NCBI RefSeq assembly: GCF_035276945.1
Contig: NZ_DATELF010000096.1
Coordinates: 24,933-88,932, forward strand
DNA length: 64,000 nucleotides
Reading direction: 5' to 3'
Source of the DNA: Amycolatopsis sp.
GTDB lineage: Bacteria > Actinomycetota > Actinomycetes > Mycobacteriales > Pseudonocardiaceae
Each line of letters begins with the position of its first letter. Position 1 is the stretch's first letter. A program made the translations under genes and the position numbers. The notes below the pieces were generated by a model that was not told the origin of the DNA, searched no databases, and saw nothing but the letters and a program-made list of their open reading frames with translations. Positions 36,914 through 45,732 of this stretch are shown in pieces.

Positions 36914-38174
36914 TGCGGAGCCCGAAGCCCAGGCGGAAAGCCAGCTGCCGAAGGCGCTGGCGGAGCCGACCGCGCGGGTCCGGCCCGGCTGGACCAGCCT
37001 GCTGTTCCTGGCCAACATCGGCCTGTGGCTGGGCATCTACGCGCCGATCCAGGTGTTGCTGCCAGAACAGGCCGAGCTGCTTGATTCGGCGCACAAGGAG
37101 GTCGTGTTCGGCCTGGTCACCGGCATCGGGGCGGTGGTGTCGCTGCTCGCCAACCCGTTGGTGGGCCTGGCCTCGGACCGGACTCGCTCGCGGTTCGGCC
37201 GCCGCCATCCATGGACGCTGGCGGGCGCGGTGGCCGGCGCGGCGGGGTTGGTCGTGCTGGCGCTCGCGGGCAACGTCGTGGTGATGACGATCGGCTGGTG
37301 CGTGGTGCAGGCCGGGCTCAACGGCATGCTCGCCACGCTGACCTCGACGGTCCCCGACCGGGTGCCGGTGGAGCAGCGCGCGCGGATCGGCGGGTTGGTC
37401 GGGATCGGCCAGATGCTGGGGACCGTGCTGGGCGCGGTGCTGGTGACGGTGCTGATCACCAGCCTTTCGGGTGGTTATCTGGCGTGCGCGGTGATCGTGG
37501 TGGTGGGGGCCGCGCTGTTCGTGCTGCGGACGCCGGATATCGCGCTGCCCCGCGACTGGCCGCTGGCGCGCTGGCGTGCGGTCCTGGCGGACCTGTGGAT
37601 CTCGCCGCGCCGGCATCCGGACTTCGCCTGGGCCTGGGGCTGCCACTTCCTGATCAACCTGGGCAACGCGCTGGGCACGTTCTACCTGCTGTACTTCCTC
37701 AAGGACGCGGTGCACTACCCGGATCCCGACACCGGCCTGCTGATCATGATGGGCCTGTACGGAGTGGCCCTGGTGATCGGCGGCCTGCTCGTCGGGCACT
37801 TGTCGGACTCGTCCGGTCGGCGCAAACCCTATGTGTTCGCGTCCGTCGTGGTGATGACGCTGGCCGCGCTGACCCTCACGTTCTGGCAAACCTGGCCCGC
37901 CGCGCTGGTGGCTTCACCCCTGCTGGGAATCGGTTTCGGCGCCTATTGGGCGGTGGCCCTGGCAATCCTCATCCAGGTGCTTCCCGCCGCGTCCGAACGC
38001 GCAAAGGACCTGGGTTTAATCAACATCGCAAATCTTCTGCCACAGGTTCTCGCACCCCTGCTGGCGACAATCATCCTCGCCAACCTGGGTGGCTACGCGG
38101 GCCTCTTCGGGGCCGCCGCCGTCACCACGTTCGCCGCCGGCGCGCTAATCACCGGCGTTCGCGAAGTCCGCTAA
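36906..38174 (+). CDS. MFS transporter (glycoside/oligosaccharide:cation symporter-like)
   Basis: 12 predicted TM helices and a D-R-x-x-S-R-F-G-R-R motif between TM2 and TM3. Its start overlaps the GH1 stop. Confidence 0.85.
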   Translation: MSSAEPEAQAESQLPKALAEPTARVRPGWTSLLFLANIGLWLGIYAPIQVLLPEQAELLDSAHKEVVFGLVTGIGAVVSLLANPLVGLASDRTRSRFGRRHPWTLAGAVAGAAGLVVLALAGNVVVMTIGWCVVQAGLNGMLATLTSTVPDRVPVEQRARIGGLVGIGQMLGTVLGAVLVTVLITSLSGGYLACAVIVVVGAALFVLRTPDIALPRDWPLARWRAVLADLWISPRRHPDFAWAWGCHFLINLGNALGTFYLLYFLKDAVHYPDPDTGLLIMMGLYGVALVIGGLLVGHLSDSSGRRKPYVFASVVVMTLAALTLTFWQTWPAALVASPLLGIGFGAYWAVALAILIQVLPAASERAKDLGLINIANLLPQVLAPLLATIILANLGGYAGLFGAAAVTTFAAGALITGVREVR

Positions 38175-38447
38175 GGCGAAAAAACTTGAAACAGGACCGT
38201 CCGCTGTCAAACAGAATGAATGAAAGGCGGCTGTTCGAGGTCCGAGGGGAGACGCCCAATTTTTTGGGCCCGCGGGCCGATGCCGGTCGGGGGGAGGGGA
38301 GTGCAACGGCACCGGCCCGCGGAGTTTCGGGGCCATCAAGGGCGGGGCGGCCGCAAACTGTGTTCTGCAACTTCACAGACAGCGGCCATGATGATCAAAA
38401 TACGCGTGGATTGGGCGCCTGGCTAGGGTGTCCGGGGGTTGAATTGT

Positions 38448-38458
38448 GATTAATCGCT
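38448..38458 (+). repeat. Left copy of the 11-bp direct repeat GATTAATCGCT
   Basis: Identical 11-mer to that at 41938-41948. It contains the 8-bp palindrome GATTAATC and lies 10 bp outside the stop of the 133-aa gene. Confidence 0.6.
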
Positions 38459-38467
38459 GAACGGTAG

Positions 38468-38869
38468 CTACTGCACGACCTGCGGTACCAGTGCGTGCCG
38501 ACCGGTCGACTCGGAGGCGGACAGCTGGCCACGCGTCTGGGGCGGCACAGCAGCGCTCTTCCGGCGCCAAGGGCGGCGAAGGTCCTGTTGCGGGGCGAGC
38601 CCGCCGGCTACCAGGTGTTCATGCGCGACCTGCCATACCGAGCACGGGGCCTTGCAGCGGTGCCACCTGGTCGAGCAGGTGGGGCAGTCCCCACGCTCGT
38701 CGGGTTCGTGCTTGGAGAGCATCGCCCGCCAGCCCTCGGTCAGCCGGGGCAGCTCGGATCTCGCTACCGAGACCAGTGACTGCGCGTCGGCGCGATTGGC
38801 GAGGTCGGCGAGCATGTCGAGGCGTTCCCAAACCGCGTTGCGGAGGACCTGCCCAAGGATCTGATCCAC
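38468..38869 (-). CDS. Hypothetical protein with C-x2-C-x6-C-x3-C motif (133 aa)
   Basis: High-GC3 ORF with a helical N-terminal half, then ...HEPDERGDCPTCSTRWHRCKAPCSVWQVAHEHL.... The four cysteines look like a Zn-ribbon. I recognise no family. Confidence 0.6.
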   Translation of the reverse strand: MDQILGQVLRNAVWERLDMLADLANRADAQSLVSVARSELPRLTEGWRAMLSKHEPDERGDCPTCSTRWHRCKAPCSVWQVAHEHLVAGGLAPQQDLRRPWRRKSAAVPPQTRGQLSASESTGRHALVPQVVQ

Positions 38870-38876
38870 GAAAAAC

Positions 38877-39239
38877 TCACCTTTCCGTCAGCTTCGCAGC
38901 TTCGTTGAGCGCCGCCCTCAGCTGGCCGAGCTGGCCGGCCGTCAGGCGCGCCGTTTCCCCGGGTGGGCCCACCAGCACCACCTGGTTGTCTTGGACGAGG
39001 ACGGTCACGCAGCGTTCCCGGTTGATCATGTCGCCGCACTGCACCCGCCAGACCAGCCGACCACCTTCGTACCGGCGCACCTGGCCGGCGCGTGGGTCGG
39101 TGATCGCCGGCAGCGAGGCCCGGGGCGCCGAGCGGGGGGCCTCACGGCCCGGCACCGGCCGAAGCTGTCCGGTCCGTGTTGCCGGAATCGAGTCCACGAA
39201 CTCCACCGCGTTCAACTCCGCTCTAGTCGGTACGGGCAT
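38877..39239 (-). CDS. Hypothetical protein (120 aa)
   Basis: Lies 7 bp upstream of the 133-aa gene on the same strand. Its C-terminal half (LVWRVQCGDMINRERCVTVLVQDNQVVLVGPPGETARLTAGQLGQLRAAL) is only loosely reminiscent of DUF397-type small proteins. Confidence 0.6.
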   Translation of the reverse strand: MPVPTRAELNAVEFVDSIPATRTGQLRPVPGREAPRSAPRASLPAITDPRAGQVRRYEGGRLVWRVQCGDMINRERCVTVLVQDNQVVLVGPPGETARLTAGQLGQLRAALNEAAKLTER

Positions 39240-39498
39240 TGCCGTCGTGTCCGTAGTTGCTCTGTGTGATCGCGGGAGGTGCCCGCTCGCTCACCGACAA
39301 CTGAGAACTAGATTGCGATGAAGATGCCCGGAAGAGAAGACGAAGCGGCGGCATAGCGGCGACCGGCGCGGGATGGCCGGTGAACGGTCGCAGGATTTCG
39401 GCAGAGCCGATCAGGCTCGGCAAAGTCAGGGTTCGCGCGGTTCAATAGGGATGCCTACGCTGCGAATCAACCCCCGACTGGACGGTGAAGGGGCGCAA

Positions 39499-40881
39499 AT
39501 GGACGCCAACAGCGCTGTGGATGCCCGGCAGGGTCACCCCATCAACCCGGATGTGTGGGAAAAGCGGGAGATGCGGGAAGCCTTGGCCCAGCGAGAGATC
39601 AGTGCGGTCTACCGCAACCTCCGCAAGGAGGGCATCTCGCAGCGCCAGATCGCCGCGATGACCGGCCAGTCCCAGTCCGAGGTTTCGGAGATCCTCAAGG
39701 GCCGCCAGGTGATGGCCTACGACGTGCTGGCGAGGATCGCCGACGGGCTCGGCGTACCCCGGGGGTACATGGGCCTCGCCTATGACGAGGCCACCGAGAT
39801 CCAGGTCGTCGGCGCCGCCGACGAGCAGCAGGCTGAGGAGGACGAGTCCGTGAAGCGGCGGAACTTCCTCGCGCACGCCGCCCAGGTGACGATGGGTGCG
39901 GCGGTCTTCGGATCGTCGCCGCATTCCTGGACCGCGAGCCCCGCGAGGACGCCGGCACCGGGCCACATCGGGATGACCGACGTGCGCCAGGTGGAGGCCG
40001 CGACAAGGGCGTTGCGCGCGCTCGACTACCAGTACGGCGGCGGTTTCTGCCGTGACGCCGTGGTGGCCCAGTTGTCCTGGGGCCAGCAGATGCTCGATTC
40101 CTCGGCCACCAGCCCGGTCCGGTCGCGCCTGTTCGTCGCGCTGGCCGACCTGCACAGCCTGGCCGGGTGGACCTCCTTCGACACCGGGCTGATGGACTCG
40201 GCCCGCGGTCACTTCGCCAACGCGCTGGAGCTTGCGAAGCAGGGCGACAACAACCCGCTGGTGGCCAACATCCTGTACCGGATGGGCCGGGTCTACCTGC
40301 ACCAGGACGCCCCGAACGACGCGCTGAAGCTGTTCCAGCTCGGGCAGATCGCCGCGCAGGAGTCCGGTTCGGAGCTGGCGATCGCCGTGCTGGCCGCGAA
40401 CCAGGCGTGGGCCTACGCGATGATGGAGAACGAGGACCAGGCGCTCAAACTGCTGGGCCTGGCCAAGGACGAGTTCGCCAGGGCGAATCTCGCCGAGGCG
40501 GAGGACTGGGTCAAGTTCTTCAACGAGACCGACGTCTACGCGATGATCGGCACGGTGCACACCGTGCTCGCGCGGAAGGTGGACACGAACCACACCAAGT
40601 ACGCGATTCCGGCGCTGACCAGGGCGGTCGACTCCTACCCGGAGTCGATGCAGCGCAGCAAGACGTTCATGCTGAGCGAACTGGCCACCAACCACCTGCT
40701 CGACGGCGACATCGACCACGGCGCACGTGTCGGCCGCCTGGCGCTGGGGTCCTCCGAAGGGCTGAAGTCGGCCCGGATCAAGGACCGGATGGCGCCGTTG
40801 CGGGACGAGGCGGACAAGCGGAAGAACAACCCGGACGCTCGCGACCTGAGCGAGCGGCTGAACGCGTTCTTCGCGGCCTGA
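39499..40881 (+). CDS. XRE-family HTH transcriptional regulator with C-terminal TPR-like domain
   Basis: The HTH is ISQRQIAAMTGQSQSEVSEILKGRQ. An acidic linker follows, then a Tat-like VKRRNFLAHAA segment and about 250 aa of TPR-like helices. ATG 39499 has a GAAGGGG RBS; the alternative start is ATG 39451. Confidence 0.8.
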   Translation: MDANSAVDARQGHPINPDVWEKREMREALAQREISAVYRNLRKEGISQRQIAAMTGQSQSEVSEILKGRQVMAYDVLARIADGLGVPRGYMGLAYDEATEIQVVGAADEQQAEEDESVKRRNFLAHAAQVTMGAAVFGSSPHSWTASPARTPAPGHIGMTDVRQVEAATRALRALDYQYGGGFCRDAVVAQLSWGQQMLDSSATSPVRSRLFVALADLHSLAGWTSFDTGLMDSARGHFANALELAKQGDNNPLVANILYRMGRVYLHQDAPNDALKLFQLGQIAAQESGSELAIAVLAANQAWAYAMMENEDQALKLLGLAKDEFARANLAEAEDWVKFFNETDVYAMIGTVHTVLARKVDTNHTKYAIPALTRAVDSYPESMQRSKTFMLSELATNHLLDGDIDHGARVGRLALGSSEGLKSARIKDRMAPLRDEADKRKNNPDARDLSERLNAFFAA

Positions 40882-40905
40882 CAATGCACTCCGGGAACTG
40901 AAACG

Positions 40906-41823
40906 ATGTCCACCACCGCAACGGCGCGCGTGCTCCCTGGCCGGTTCACCAGGGAGAAGTTGGACTGGGCCCTGGCCGAGACCGCCGCGTTGCTCGGGCT
41001 CGACCATCGCGGCGCGAAGCTGGTGCGGTTCACCAACAACGCGGTCTACGCCCTCGCCGGCGCACCGGTCGTGTTACGGATCGTCGGGTCGCGCGCGCTG
41101 CGGCACCGGGTGGCGAAGGTGGTGGCCGTCGCCCGCCATTTCGAGCGGCACGCCATCCCCGCCATCCGCCTGCTCCCCGGCGTTGACCAGCCCATTCACG
41201 TCGGCGAGCAGGTGATCACCGCCTGGGTGAAGGTGGAGCAGGCGGGTCGGCGTGCCACCGCGAAGGATCTCGGCAGGCTGCTCCGCCGGGTACATGCACT
41301 CCCGCCACCGGATGATGGTGTCGGCGAATGGGCGCCGCTGGCCGATGTGCGGGCCAGGGTCGCCGACGCCGAGGAGCTCGACGCGCGCGACCGGCGGTTC
41401 CTGCTCCGGCGCTGCGCCGAGGTCGAGGCCGCGCTGGGTGAGCTCGAGTTTCCGCTGGATCCTGGGCTCATCCACGGCGACGCGCACCCCGGGAACGTGA
41501 TCGTGGGCCCGGACGGTCCGGTGCTCTGCGACTTCGACTCGTCCTGTGTCGGCCCGCCGGAGTGGGATCTGACCCCGCTGGCCGTCGGTCGCGAACGGTT
41601 CGGCGACCCGGTTGGCCGGTACCGCATGCTGGCCGACACCTACGGTTTCGACGTGACCAGGTGGGAGGGGTTCGCCGTGCTCAGGGCGGTACGGGAGCTC
41701 AAGCTGACCACCAGCGTGCTGCCGATCCTGCGCAGCCATCCCCAGGTGCGTGCCGAGCTCCGCCGCCGGCTGGACGATCTCCGGGGCGGTCAAATGCTCG
41801 TTCCCTGGTCGCGTTACAGCTGA
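40906..41823 (+). CDS. Aminoglycoside/choline-kinase-type phosphotransferase (APH family)
   Basis: The catalytic loop is HGDAHPGNVIV, the metal-binding motif is DFD, and the length (305 aa) is typical. Confidence 0.8.
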   Translation: MSTTATARVLPGRFTREKLDWALAETAALLGLDHRGAKLVRFTNNAVYALAGAPVVLRIVGSRALRHRVAKVVAVARHFERHAIPAIRLLPGVDQPIHVGEQVITAWVKVEQAGRRATAKDLGRLLRRVHALPPPDDGVGEWAPLADVRARVADAEELDARDRRFLLRRCAEVEAALGELEFPLDPGLIHGDAHPGNVIVGPDGPVLCDFDSSCVGPPEWDLTPLAVGRERFGDPVGRYRMLADTYGFDVTRWEGFAVLRAVRELKLTTSVLPILRSHPQVRAELRRRLDDLRGGQMLVPWSRYS

Positions 41824-41937
41824 CCCGGAAAAGCGTGACGCTGCCGTGACGCTCGCCGACCAGTGGTAGCCGCTCGCCGCTCGCGGATGCACGTGCGGCC
41901 AGTGCGGAATTCGGCCCAGCTAGTCAGCTGCTAACCG

Positions 41938-41948
41938 GATTAATCGCT
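41938..41948 (+). repeat. Right copy of the 11-bp direct repeat GATTAATCGCT
   Basis: Identical to 38448-38458. It lies 115 bp after the APH stop and 60 bp before the copD stop. Confidence 0.6.
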
Positions 41949-42008
41949 AGGCCAAACGTGCAAGTTGCAGCTACGCTCTGTGACGATCGCGCGTCATCTG
42001 AAATCTTT

Positions 42009-43031
42009 TCATGTCACTGGCGCCCTGGTCAGGACGATGGCGAAGCCGAACGCCAGTCCCATCGTGGTGAGTTCCAGGGTCGCCCAGGCCGCGAGCGCGG
42101 TGCGTTCATGCCGGATGATCCGCGGCATCAGCCGCCACCTGAGGCGGGCGCCGAGCAGCGCGATCGTGCCGGCGCACATCAGTTTCAACAGCACGAGCTG
42201 CCCGTAGGGGGTGGTGAACAGTCCCGCCCAGAAGCCGATCGTGGGGTTGAGCAGGATTTCCACGCACCCGTTGAACAGACCGGTGACCGCCGCCAACGCC
42301 AGGCACACCGTGGCCAGCCTGGAGAACCGCGGCAGCGCGTGGGCGAGCAGCGTCCGGTTCGCGGAAAGCAGCACGGTCATCGCGCCGAGGCCGCCGGTCC
42401 AGGCGACCGCGCTCATCACGTGCAGCTCCATCGAGATCATCGTGTAGTCGTGGTGGTCCCAGTTCGCCGCGTGCCCGGTCACCGGCAGCGGGAGCAGCGC
42501 GAACATGCCGAGCCCCACCCGGACCTCGGCGGGCACCTTCTCCCCGTGCCGCAGAGCCAGCACGCCCAGGCCCGCGTGGACCAGCGCGAGTACGGCCACG
42601 ACCAGTAGTGCCTTGCCCGCGCCGACCTGCACGACGTAGTCCCAGATGTCGCCCACACCGATGTCGGTGACCTGCGGCCGGAACTCCGCGGTCTGCAGTA
42701 CCAGGGTGACCAGCGCGGTCACCGACCAGATCAGGGCGCTCGCCACCGCGCCATGGCGCGCCCTGGTCAACACCGGTTCGGTGAGCTTCGGCCGGTCGTA
42801 GCCGACCAGTACGGAAAGCAGGGAGAGCCCGATCGTCGTGACCGCCGCGAGGTCGAGCAGTACGCGCACGAGCGGGATGGCGACCGAGACCACCTCGCTG
42901 GCCTCCGCCACACCCGGGATCGGGGTGCTCGCGGTGAGCGCGACCCCGATCAACGCCCCCGCCAGCGCGGCGGTGACCGTCGCGACGACGGTGGCATAGC
43001 GAACGTGGGAGGTGGTCTCGGCCGTGGTCAC
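42009..43031 (-). CDS. copD: Copper resistance protein CopD family membrane protein
   Basis: About eight TM helices. It lies directly downstream of copC with a TAGTG stop/start overlap. I chose the GTG start at 43031, since the track ORF extends into copC. Confidence 0.8.
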   Translation of the reverse strand: MTTAETTSHVRYATVVATVTAALAGALIGVALTASTPIPGVAEASEVVSVAIPLVRVLLDLAAVTTIGLSLLSVLVGYDRPKLTEPVLTRARHGAVASALIWSVTALVTLVLQTAEFRPQVTDIGVGDIWDYVVQVGAGKALLVVAVLALVHAGLGVLALRHGEKVPAEVRVGLGMFALLPLPVTGHAANWDHHDYTMISMELHVMSAVAWTGGLGAMTVLLSANRTLLAHALPRFSRLATVCLALAAVTGLFNGCVEILLNPTIGFWAGLFTTPYGQLVLLKLMCAGTIALLGARLRWRLMPRIIRHERTALAAWATLELTTMGLAFGFAIVLTRAPVT

Positions 43032-43555
43032 TAAGGTTTCTCCCGTCCCATGCGCAGCGCGAGCGTGAGCCCGATGGCCAGCAGGACCACCGCACCGGCG
43101 ATCCACACCCAGATCGGCACGCCGCCCGAACCGCTCGACTGAGCCGTCCCGGTGGCCGCGCTCGCCGTGGCCGGGGTGCCGGTGCCCGCCTTGGTCAGGG
43201 TGAAGGCGTACTGCCCTTCCACCGGGTGCCCGTCGGCGGACAGGATCCGGTAGCCCACCGTGTACACCCCGGCCGGGCCGAGCGGGCGCACCGGCGCGCT
43301 GATCACGTTGCTGTCGATCTGGACGCTGCCTTCCGCCCACTGCGTGCCGTTCGGCCCGGTGACCGCGATCTGGTTGATGTCGCCGCCCTGCACCGGCGCG
43401 TCGAAGGTGAGCGTGATCTTGGCAGGCCCGGTGTCCAGCGCGGCGTCCTTCGCCGGGTCGGTCGAGATGAGTACGTCGTGCGCGGAGGCCGGGGTGACCA
43501 TGCCGAACATGGCCACCACCGCCACCGCGAGCGTGATCGCGAACCTACGGAGCAC
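43031..43555 (-). CDS. copC: CopC-domain copper-binding protein with C-terminal membrane anchor
   Basis: The signal peptide ends ...PASAH, so a mature N-terminal His follows, as in CopC. It has a YRILSADGHPVEG motif and a C-terminal TM helix. The GTG start at 43555 is uncertain. Confidence 0.8.
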   Translation of the reverse strand: MLRRFAITLAVAVVAMFGMVTPASAHDVLISTDPAKDAALDTGPAKITLTFDAPVQGGDINQIAVTGPNGTQWAEGSVQIDSNVISAPVRPLGPAGVYTVGYRILSADGHPVEGQYAFTLTKAGTGTPATASAATGTAQSSGSGGVPIWVWIAGAVVLLAIGLTLALRMGREKP

Positions 43556-44318
43556 TCTTCGTCGCCTTACGAGCCCGAAGGGTCGCGCCCGCGCCGAAAC
43601 CGAGGCCGAGCGCGCCGACGACCAGCCCGGCACCACCGAGCCACCGGGCGGTGGTGTCGGTGTTGCTCGCCGAACCGTCAGTCGACGAACCACTGTCCGA
43701 CGAACCACTGTCCGACGAACCCATCGACATCCCCGCCATGCCGTCGTGCCCGTCGCCCGTCGCCGCGGCGAGCTTGACGGTCGGTGCGGGGTGCTCCGGT
43801 TCCTGGCCGTTCGCCGGGGTCACCTCGTTCCAGCCGACGACCTTGTTGTCGGAGTAGGTCTGGAGTGCGGGCAGCACCAGTTCGTCTACATTGGACGGAA
43901 GGGTGGACAGGGTGATCTCGAAGTCCTGGAACTGGTCGGCGCCCTTGGCGATGCCGCCGCCGGGCTGCGCCGTCCAGACGATCTTGGTGACCGGGTTGTT
44001 GACGTCGAGGTTCTTGCCGTTCTTCACCGGGGCGGGCAGCTGGGTCCTGGTGACTTCGGCCGTCCACCCGGGAATCGGCTCGTACCGCACGGAACTGAGC
44101 GCGTACTCGGGCTTGAAGTCCACCTCGAGCTTGACGGTTCCGGCGTCTTGCTCCTCGTTGGGCACGCGGAACACGACGGTGCCGTAGCCGCCCTTCTGCG
44201 GCTGGCTGCCGTAGCTGTTCGCCGTGACGTGCGCCGACGCGATTCCCGCGCCGAGGAGCCCGGTGGCGCCGACCGCGCCGATCACGACGATCGCGCGTAG
44301 AACTCGTTTCTTGGACAT
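43545..44318 (-). CDS. ycnI: YcnI-family (DUF1775) copper-binding protein
   Basis: The signal peptide ends ...IASAHV. DUF1775 features are present (GYGTVVFRVPNE, KIVW). A His/Met and Ser/Asp-rich tail and a C-terminal TM anchor follow. Confidence 0.85.
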   Translation of the reverse strand: MSKKRVLRAIVVIGAVGATGLLGAGIASAHVTANSYGSQPQKGGYGTVVFRVPNEEQDAGTVKLEVDFKPEYALSSVRYEPIPGWTAEVTRTQLPAPVKNGKNLDVNNPVTKIVWTAQPGGGIAKGADQFQDFEITLSTLPSNVDELVLPALQTYSDNKVVGWNEVTPANGQEPEHPAPTVKLAAATGDGHDGMAGMSMGSSDSGSSDSGSSTDGSASNTDTTARWLGGAGLVVGALGLGFGAGATLRARKATKSAP

Positions 44319-44382
44319 GGTCAGTTGCTCCTGAATGATCGAGTCCAGCGCCGGGGAGCGCTGGTGTAAGGGAATACGTGGT

Positions 44383-44904
44383 TCAGGAGCGAATGGGTGG
44401 GCCGCGGCGGCGATGTACCCGAGTCAACAGCACGGAGGCGAGCGGCGAACCGGCCCGGGGCCGGACCTGCGGGCGGCCCGGCCGGGCGGGTACCGGCGCC
44501 GGCCGCCACACCACGGGCAGGAGGAACCACAGGCTCGCCGCGGCCGCCAGCAGCATTGCCTCCGCGTGCGCCTGGAGGAGCGCGGTCGCGACGGTTGCCC
44601 CGGTGTGGGCGAGCATCATGCCGCCGGACGGGACGAGATGCCCCATCAGCCCGGTCAGCACGACGTGCATGCCGAGCTGGGCGGCGCCGAGGGCGGCGAG
44701 CACGCCGCGGAATCCCGTGGTCTTCTTGGCGAGCGCCGCGCCGGCCCAGCCGACGACCAGGGTCAGCACCACGGTCATCGACGCGTCGGGCAGATCGCCG
44801 TCGGCGAGCGTGTGCGCCATGACCGCCAGGCCCGCCGAACTGGTCGCGAGCAGGGCGCCGCGCACGGTCGGTAACGCACCGTGCCGCTCTGGTCGCCTGC
44901 TCAC
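44383..44904 (-). CDS. Hypothetical His/Met-containing membrane protein, first gene of the ycnI-copCD operon
   Basis: Four to five TM helices, with repeated MAHT/MHVV/MGH/MLAHT motifs. The GTG start at 44904 is chosen and is uncertain. Confidence 0.6.
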   Translation of the reverse strand: MSRRPERHGALPTVRGALLATSSAGLAVMAHTLADGDLPDASMTVVLTLVVGWAGAALAKKTTGFRGVLAALGAAQLGMHVVLTGLMGHLVPSGGMMLAHTGATVATALLQAHAEAMLLAAAASLWFLLPVVWRPAPVPARPGRPQVRPRAGSPLASVLLTRVHRRRGPPIRS

Positions 44905-45084
44905 GACAGTCAAGGGTAGGAGACGGTGCGACGCGTGGTCAGGTCGTCCCACGAGACGAACCACACAAATTGCGAAAAGCGTTATCTTTCCTGGTCAGAT
45001 CATGTCCGAAGGGGAGATGTGAGCCCCATGTCGAGGCGTGGGCGGTTGCAAATTTGCCAACTCATGCGAAACGGTGGTCACACC

Positions 45085-45732
45085 ATGAACCTGTTCGAGT
45101 ATGTCGCGGACCGGTGGAGCAGGCTGTCACTTCAGGCCTGGCTGCACGTCAGCGCGGTGGTACAGGCCACCGTGCTCGCCGCGGTGATCGGGGTGCTGAT
45201 CGGGGTCGCGGTCTACCGCAGCCCGATCGGCTCGGCGCTGGCCACCGCGCTCGCCAGCACGATCCTGACCATTCCGTCGTTCGCCCTGATCGGGCTGCTG
45301 ATCCCGCTCGTCGGGCTCGGGGTGGTCCCGTCGGTGATCTCGCTGGTGCTCTACGCGCTGCTGCCGATCGTGCGGAACACCATCGTCGGGCTGGGCGGCG
45401 TCGACCCGGCGGTGACCGACGCCGCCAGAGGCATCGGGATGAGCCGGTTCGGCGTGCTCACCCGGATCGAGCTGCGGCTGGCCTGGCCGGCGATCCTGGC
45501 CGGGATGCGGGTCGCCACCCAGATGCTGATGGGCATCGCGGTGATCGCGGCCTATGCCAAGGGACCCGGCCTCGGGTCGGAGGTGTTCTCCGGGCTGACC
45601 CGGGCGGGCAGCGTCAACTCCGTCAACCAGGCGCTGGCCGGTACGCTCGGCGTGGTCGTCCTCGCGCTGGTCCTCGACGGCATTTATGTCCTCATCGCCC
45701 GTTTCACCGTTCCGAGGGGGATCCGTGTCTGA
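45085..45732 (+). CDS. Osmoprotectant (glycine betaine/choline-type) ABC transporter permease
   Basis: BPD_transp_1 EAA-like loop (DAARGIGMSRFGVLTRIELRLAWP). The gene order of permease, ATPase, permease and SBP matches E. coli yehWXYZ (osmF). Confidence 0.85.
   Translation: MNLFEYVADRWSRLSLQAWLHVSAVVQATVLAAVIGVLIGVAVYRSPIGSALATALASTILTIPSFALIGLLIPLVGLGVVPSVISLVLYALLPIVRNTIVGLGGVDPAVTDAARGIGMSRFGVLTRIELRLAWPAILAGMRVATQMLMGIAVIAAYAKGPGLGSEVFSGLTRAGSVNSVNQALAGTLGVVVLALVLDGIYVLIARFTVPRGIRV

Noticed and set aside
41074-41892. 272-aa ORF antisense to the APH-like kinase gene.
   Set aside because: It has no motifs and Arg/Gly/Pro/His-rich composition. The + strand frame carries the HGDAHPGN/DFD kinase motifs.
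44905-45084. Possible c-di-AMP (ydaO-type) or other riboswitch in the leader of the osmoprotectant ABC operon.
   Set aside because: I could not identify the conserved ydaO core helices or the ACGGGGAG-type motifs by eye. Only a superficial CCGAAGGGGAG stretch is present. A covariance-model scan (Rfam/Infernal) would be needed before any claim.
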